Origin: Candidatus Aenigmatarchaeota archaeon
GTDB taxonomy: Archaea > Aenigmatarchaeota > Aenigmatarchaeia > JACPZZ01
Assembly (NCBI GenBank): GCA_043801595.1
Contig: JAZDLW010000022.1
Span: 5,526-69,525 of the forward strand
DNA: 64,000 nt
Direction of reading: 5' to 3'
The translations under genes were made by a program, and so were the position numbers. Under the pieces are notes generated by a model, which ran no database searches, had not been told where the DNA came from, and was given only the letters and a program-made list of their open reading frames with translations. Numbering within the stretch: position 1 is the first letter of the stretch; every line of letters begins with the position of its first letter. Of this stretch, positions 58,964 to 64,000 are shown one piece after another.

Positions 58964-59457
58964 AAGGAATAGTTATAGTGCGGGATTTCCTGATATTTAT
59001 CGCAGAGCTCGCTGTACTGTTGTTCAGCCTCGTTTTCATAACACAGGCCGGCAGCCAGATGGGCGATTTCGTTTTCAATTTCGATTCGCGTGTAGCATCG
59101 GAAACTATATTCGGCTTCGAAGCTGCGGCCGATATGTCAGGCGGAAATTTTGAAGCTGGTTTCACGATGCCTGCAAACCCGTACAAACTTTCCATAGGAA
59201 CTGACAACGGAAATTATTTTGTGCTGATTGATTCGTCGCGCGAAACATTCCACGCGCCTGGTGGCGTTACGATAAAATTCCAGAAGCCGAGAAAATTGTT
59301 CCTTATACACACGATCGGCAATAATCTTGCGGTGCTTGACGGCGAGATTGCTGCGCCTGCAGGCGGAAAGATGAGCGAAAGCCAGAACTGGCGTGTGGAC
59401 GTGAAGCGTGTTAACAACGATATCAGCGTAAGCGCGATTCCGCTGGGGGCGAAGTAA
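58960..59457 (+). CDS. Pilin-like-signal protein (165 aa)
   Basis: ATGA overlap. MKG/IVIVRDFLIFIAELAVLLFSLVF. Confidence 0.55.
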   Translation: MKGIVIVRDFLIFIAELAVLLFSLVFITQAGSQMGDFVFNFDSRVASETIFGFEAAADMSGGNFEAGFTMPANPYKLSIGTDNGNYFVLIDSSRETFHAPGGVTIKFQKPRKLFLIHTIGNNLAVLDGEIAAPAGGKMSESQNWRVDVKRVNNDISVSAIPLGAK

Positions 59458-59459
59458 AC

Positions 59460-59900
59460 ATGTCGTCATTTTTATCCGAGAATTTTCTAAAGATAGTTTC
59501 GCTGGCGCTGACCATATTCGCGATACTCGGATCAATCGTCCAATTCCAGTCGTTTGCGATACAACTGCACGGAAAACAGACGGACAGGCTCTATATAATG
59601 TTCGGGCAATATCTTGCAGGCGCGCCGTTCATTACAGCGAGCGATCCGGAATACAGAAAAGGCGTGCTTGATGAAGTTAAATTGAACGCGTTAACAAATG
59701 ATTCGTTTAAAACAAAATTCAGCTTTGCCCAGATAGACAAATACCTCGTGGAGATAACGACGGATTCTTCTGGCTGGATATTCGGTGACGATTCGTTGTT
59801 AGGTGCGAATTACAGACTGTGGACTTATCCGGTTGCCGTAAAAACAACGGATGCGGTTGTTCCGGGAAAGATGTTAGTTTATGTTCCAAAAGAGGCGTGA
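59460..59900 (+). CDS. N-terminally anchored pilus-operon protein (146 aa)
   Basis: LKIVSLALTIFAILGSIV helix. Starts 2 nt after the upstream stop. Confidence 0.5.
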   Translation: MSSFLSENFLKIVSLALTIFAILGSIVQFQSFAIQLHGKQTDRLYIMFGQYLAGAPFITASDPEYRKGVLDEVKLNALTNDSFKTKFSFAQIDKYLVEITTDSSGWIFGDDSLLGANYRLWTYPVAVKTTDAVVPGKMLVYVPKEA

Positions 59901-59901
59901 T

Positions 59902-60459
59902 ATGGTTAGAAAATTAAAAGGCGACATTTGGTTTGTTTCGGATTTTCTATTCCTCGTATCGCTGTTCTCAGTCTCGATGATAATGTTGTTTTCGATGAGC
60001 ATTGCAAAGCTCATTGTGGGTAACCTTATCGATTATACGGTTCACGCGCAATTCCTCGAATTCTCCCTAAACAACGAGAACGCGTTGCTGTCGGGCTCCG
60101 AAATTAAAATAAATCCGTCGGATCCGCAGCTGAAACGAATTATGTCGTTCGCGGCGTTCCAATGGAACGGAGATCCGATATGCGGTTCGCCGCCTGTTGC
60201 TCCCTGCTGGGACGGTAATGTTTTCATCGACGGCGTGTTTTACAATGTTAATGACATGACAAAAGGAATATTCGACAAGCTTGTGGGCGGGCCGTATGTT
60301 CTCGAATTAAGAAAGAATTTCAATGGCGTTGACAAAAGATTTATCATCGCATCGCGCGACGCAGATAATATAAACGCGGATCCGGAAGTTGCGGAACTGG
60401 AATTCGCTGTTCCGTACTCGTCGCCGGCGTTTTACAGGTTATACTCGGTGATAAAATGA
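59902..60459 (+). CDS. Pilin-like-signal protein (about 185 aa)
   Basis: Start moved to ATG 59902, just after the upstream TGA. MVRKLKG/DIWFVSDFLFLVSLFSVSMIMLF. Confidence 0.5.
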   Translation: MVRKLKGDIWFVSDFLFLVSLFSVSMIMLFSMSIAKLIVGNLIDYTVHAQFLEFSLNNENALLSGSEIKINPSDPQLKRIMSFAAFQWNGDPICGSPPVAPCWDGNVFIDGVFYNVNDMTKGIFDKLVGGPYVLELRKNFNGVDKRFIIASRDADNINADPEVAELEFAVPYSSPAFYRLYSVIK

Positions 60460-61787
60460 AAGGCGGAATAATGACGTTTTCCGGCAGCCTGATAATGATA
60501 TTGATAGGCGTCGGAATAATCTGGTGGTTCCGTTCTGTTTCGGTGTCGGAGGCGTTCATAACATCCGAGCGGCACAAGGAGAGCTTTTCAACACTTAACT
60601 ATGCCGAATTCGCGAAGAAAACTCTTGAGGAAGCGGCGTATATGTATTCGTATATAGGCGCTGCGAAAATGGGAATAACAGGAGGAACGAACGTTGCGCA
60701 GAAAAAGGATGAGATCGCGATATGGAAAACAGCGCCGGATGAGATTACGATAAAGAACGAGCTTAAGAAAAATATCAGCGGCGAAATCGACAATTCATTA
60801 CCAGAAACGTCGATACCCGGAAAGTTCCTTGTAACTTCGTACTTAACAACGAAAATCGATGTGGCTGCGGACAAATCCGATTTATCGGCATCGGATAAAT
60901 TTTCGGTAAAAGGAGAGAAAAATATAGTTGTAAAGAAAAATCTGGAGAGTTCCGGAATATACGTGACCGCTAAACTTAAGGGAATAATCGATACGGAGAT
61001 AAAATTAAAGTATTTCGCGCTTTACGATGCTGCGCGCCAGTTCATAAGCAGCGGACAAGCCGAGGCGAGGATAAACAATGCATTCGCTGCGATTAATACG
61101 ATTGGCAGCGCAACTCGTTCCTCGTCCAAGTGCGGAACGTTCGATCCGTGCAATTACGGAAATCCGTACGACAGTTCTTGTCCGTCATCTGCGGCTGCGA
61201 CAGAACCAGCAGATGCCGAGGCTTTGGCTAACACAGGTTACGCAACTTTGGCAGGAACAACGTTTTCCGAAACAATATCAGGATCGCCATTCTCGTCTTT
61301 CCTGGCAAAATTTGAAAAATACGGGACTCTGACACCGAAAGCCGGATATAACGATTTGGACAAGTCTGTCAGTACGGGTTCGTGTTCGTTCACATGCAGT
61401 TATTTAAAGTATAATGCCTGCCAAACAACAAGAGAAGTGTGCGTGCCGGTGGACCCTCCCACAGATCCCCCGTCGCCTGATGTTTGCACAGACGTATGTG
61501 TCGGAGGAGATGACACACTTTACAGCAGTTGTTCCGCTGGCACTAAAACGAGCACGATAACGTTCACGTTCGTAGCGGACATGTATGCAAAATACTCTTC
61601 GGAGGATCCTAACAGCCAAGTGCCGTCGCAAAACCTCAAAAGCATAGCGGGAAAAACGCTTCCTTACGATACTCTGAAGTTTAACTTTCTCACACATAGC
61701 TGTTCTGTGATTAAAGGCGGAAGCGTTTCAACGGAACTGAAAAGCGATGTTACAGACTGTTCAATAACAACGAGTCATGTTATATAA
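60456..61787 (+). CDS. Pilin-like-signal protein with Cys/Pro-rich C-terminal region (443 aa)
   Basis: ATGA overlap. MKGG/IMTFSGSLIMILIGVGIIWWF. C-terminal CVPVDPPTDPPSPDVCTDVCVGG. Confidence 0.6.
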   Translation: MKGGIMTFSGSLIMILIGVGIIWWFRSVSVSEAFITSERHKESFSTLNYAEFAKKTLEEAAYMYSYIGAAKMGITGGTNVAQKKDEIAIWKTAPDEITIKNELKKNISGEIDNSLPETSIPGKFLVTSYLTTKIDVAADKSDLSASDKFSVKGEKNIVVKKNLESSGIYVTAKLKGIIDTEIKLKYFALYDAARQFISSGQAEARINNAFAAINTIGSATRSSSKCGTFDPCNYGNPYDSSCPSSAAATEPADAEALANTGYATLAGTTFSETISGSPFSSFLAKFEKYGTLTPKAGYNDLDKSVSTGSCSFTCSYLKYNACQTTREVCVPVDPPTDPPSPDVCTDVCVGGDDTLYSSCSAGTKTSTITFTFVADMYAKYSSEDPNSQVPSQNLKSIAGKTLPYDTLKFNFLTHSCSVIKGGSVSTELKSDVTDCSITTSHVI

Positions 61788-61856
61788 AAACAAGCGAAAC
61801 CTTTGCCATGTTAAGATATTTAAGGGTCACAAACAAACATTATAATTAAGATAAAA

Positions 61857-62222
61857 ATGAAACGAAAGGGTATCGCACTTCCAATCGACATGCTTGTTAT
61901 TCTTGCGATCGCTGTCATAATCCTGATAGCGGTTGTTGCAGTGTTCATGGGCGTATGGACGCCTTTCGCTGGCAACCAGCAGGCAAGAGCGAACTTTAAT
62001 AATGCCTGCCAGATTTTAGTCAACACAGGATGCGCCGATTTGTCTACGAGCCAGTGGGTTAGTCTGTGCAAGGCTGCTAACGGAATCGTTTTAAGTAAGG
62101 CTACATGTGACAATGACGTGGACAAGCTTGCTGTAAAGGTAGGATGCGGCTGCCCGAATGTTGCGCCGTTAGGAGCAACGACAACAACTGCGACACCAAC
62201 AACGACAACAACAACTATCTAA
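61857..62222 (+). CDS. Candidate major type IV pilin (class III signal peptide, Thr-rich tail)
   Basis: MKRKG/IALPIDMLVILAIAVIILIAVVAVFMG, 6 Cys including GCGC, C-terminal TTTTATPTTTTTTI. Separated from the operon by its own 69-nt AT-rich spacer. Confidence 0.7.
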   Translation: MKRKGIALPIDMLVILAIAVIILIAVVAVFMGVWTPFAGNQQARANFNNACQILVNTGCADLSTSQWVSLCKAANGIVLSKATCDNDVDKLAVKVGCGCPNVAPLGATTTTATPTTTTTTI

Positions 62223-62266
62223 AAATTTCCGTTTTTCCGGTAGCAAAGTTTTGCGCACAATCGATT

Positions 62267-63445
62267 CTAAACCAGAAATTTTATTATATTCTTAGACACG
62301 CCGGCTTTTGCTGCGCTTGTTTCGTCGAATTTTTCCGATTTTGACGGCTTTATGCCTGCGCCGCACACAACAAAAGGAACAGGTTCCGTCGAATGTTCAT
62401 AGCCTTTTTTTGCGTCTAGAGAAATCGAGAAATGGTCGCTTGTCACCGCGATTACGGTTTTGTCAAGGTCGACGTTATCTAGTAATCTTTGGATAACAGC
62501 CCTGTCGAATTTTTCTATGAAATCGGTTTTCTCGTCGCGCTTGCGATCATGCGACAACTGATCAAAAGCGTTGACGTGAAGAAGTATAAAGCCGTATTTT
62601 TTCATTGCTTCGATAACTGCGTTGGTTTTGTTGTCGAGATCGGTGTCCTGTTTTCCCGTCGCGCCTACAGGTTTTATAAAATCCATACCGAGAAATTTCG
62701 CGATTCCCTGCAGCGTGTCATGCGCAGCTATAACGCAGCCTTTTTTACCGTAGCGTTCTTCAAAGCTTTCTGTTATGGTCATGTGGCCCGCGCTCCTGAC
62801 TATTATAGTATTTGCGGGAATCTTTCTTTTTTTGTTTACCGGGTCTTCTCCGAGTATTTTCCGCGCCCTGCGAAGGAATTTGTTCAGGGCGCTTGCTGTT
62901 ATTTTGGCGTTCGGCGTTTTCGGCGTTATCTGCTTTACCGAAACGTTCGTCGTTTTCGGGTCGTTTCCGATGATGTTGAACGACAATGCTTTTCCATCGA
63001 GACGATGCATTACGATTGCCAGCCTATGGCCAAGCGTGTGCTCAACGTAAAACCTTATGCCGTCGATCTCGGTGCAGTCAAGCTTTTCCGCCAGTTCGTC
63101 CAGACCGGTATCATCCCGACCCGCCCGGCGGTCGACCAATAAATCGTCCTTTCCAAGCGTTGCGAAGTTCGCGCGCATGCATACGTCGCCTTTGTTTATT
63201 TCAATGCCTGTGCTTATCGCTTCTATGTAACCCCTTCCCGGATACGATTCGTCGTAACAACCCAGGATTTTTAACAAGCCTTCGTCGGTTTCCGCATCTT
63301 TTTCATAACCAACGTTTAACGCGCCTATAATTCCGTTTGCGGCGAGAAAATCCAAGCCGGGATGGTATGCGACGGAAAGAGGCGTGTCGCCCTTGTTATC
63401 GGGTTTGTCTGGCATGCCGTCACATACGATAAGAATGGCCTTCAT
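62267..63445 (-). CDS. apgM: 2,3-bisphosphoglycerate-independent phosphoglycerate mutase, archaeal type
   Basis: MKAILIVCDGMPD..., VTSDHFS, alkaline-phosphatase-superfamily pattern. 392 aa. Confidence 0.85.
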   Translation of the reverse strand: MKAILIVCDGMPDKPDNKGDTPLSVAYHPGLDFLAANGIIGALNVGYEKDAETDEGLLKILGCYDESYPGRGYIEAISTGIEINKGDVCMRANFATLGKDDLLVDRRAGRDDTGLDELAEKLDCTEIDGIRFYVEHTLGHRLAIVMHRLDGKALSFNIIGNDPKTTNVSVKQITPKTPNAKITASALNKFLRRARKILGEDPVNKKRKIPANTIIVRSAGHMTITESFEERYGKKGCVIAAHDTLQGIAKFLGMDFIKPVGATGKQDTDLDNKTNAVIEAMKKYGFILLHVNAFDQLSHDRKRDEKTDFIEKFDRAVIQRLLDNVDLDKTVIAVTSDHFSISLDAKKGYEHSTEPVPFVVCGAGIKPSKSEKFDETSAAKAGVSKNIIKFLV

Positions 63446-63494
63446 AAAACGATTTGTGCGGCAATATTAATATCCTTTGGGTGAATAACAGCGT

Positions 63495-64000
63495 ATGTTA
63501 ATAGATCTGCGTTTAACTATGGAAAGCGGCCAGACGCCGGAGTTCGTATGGGATAAAAACGGATACAGATATTCGCGCATTGTTGACGGGCGCACATGCG
63601 AACTATGGCAGGACAAACAAATACTTTGCACAAACGGATTTGAAAATTATGTCAGCGGTTTTCTTCGCGAGACGGACGACCTGAAAATAATCTACAAAAA
63701 AATCGACACGGACAGCGTTATGAACGAAGCTATCGAAAAGTACAACGGACTTAGAATAACGAAAAGCAATCCATGGGAGACGACAGTCTCGTTCATATGT
63801 TCTGCGAATAACAACATAAAACGGATAAGAAAAAACGTGCAATCACTGATGATCAATGGTGTTGTCATGACGCCCGCTGAAATATTGAAAACGGACCTAA
63901 ACTACGCGAAGCTCGGTTTCCGCGAAAAATTCCTGAAAAAATCGTCCGAAATGATCGTTGGCGGGCACTCGCTCGAAGAAATAAAAAAAATGAAGTACGA
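63495..64000 (+). CDS. ogg: 8-oxoguanine DNA glycosylase (Ogg, HhH-GPD), 3' end outside window
   Basis: Hand-translated MLIDLRLTMESGQTPEFVWDKNG... (the L-x-L-T-x-x-SGQ-x-F-x-W Ogg N-terminal signature) and PWETTVSFICSANNNIKRI. No stop before the window end. Confidence 0.7.
   Translation, partial: MLIDLRLTMESGQTPEFVWDKNGYRYSRIVDGRTCELWQDKQILCTNGFENYVSGFLRETDDLKIIYKKIDTDSVMNEAIEKYNGLRITKSNPWETTVSFICSANNNIKRIRKNVQSLMINGVVMTPAEILKTDLNYAKLGFREKFLKKSSEMIVGGHSLEEIKKMKY

Noticed and set aside
62489-63142. 217-aa plus-strand ORF opposite apgM
   Set aside because: Antisense to a well-supported phosphoglycerate mutase gene, with implausible composition.
1-64000. Mobile elements, prophage, CRISPR-Cas, rRNA operons
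   Set aside because: I recognised no transposase, integrase, Cas or rRNA-like sequence on either strand. The only repeats are the hairpin elements and gene paralogs.

Overview
Archaeal chromosomal segment. Evidence is TFB, an archaeal histone, aIF5A, diphthine synthase, a class I CCA-adding enzyme, aTrm56, Trm1, archaeal-type ThrRS and ApgM, with FtsZ-based division. The many small unknown proteins and compact gene spacing would fit a small DPANN-like genome, but that is inference. I call about 77 CDS, packed tightly with many ATGA stop/start overlaps, and one tRNA: tRNA-Gln(UUG) carrying two introns. I recognised no rRNA, CRISPR array, transposase or integrase. Housekeeping genes include metK, nth, an Lhr-type helicase, NAD kinase, trm1, tfb, speB, cca, rnz, a pyrE-pyrF-like fusion, thrS, ftsZ, dph5, apgM and ogg (partial). 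Accessory content: (1) a glycosyltransferase cluster at 1-4868. (2) A divergent operon pair of unknown function at 13669-20051. (3) Two paralogous tandem pairs of nucleotidyltransferase/HEPN-like proteins at 20224-22144 and 40660-42485. (4) Five tandem paralogous membrane proteins at 43205-46926. (5) A type IV pilus-like locus of about 14 kb at 48589-62222 with many Cys-rich proteins that look like class III signal-peptide substrates. The most striking feature not explained by genes is a dispersed family of intergenic multi-hairpin elements whose stems covary. There are at least 12 modules at 8 sites, mostly abutting stop codons, and they cluster on both sides of ftsZ.
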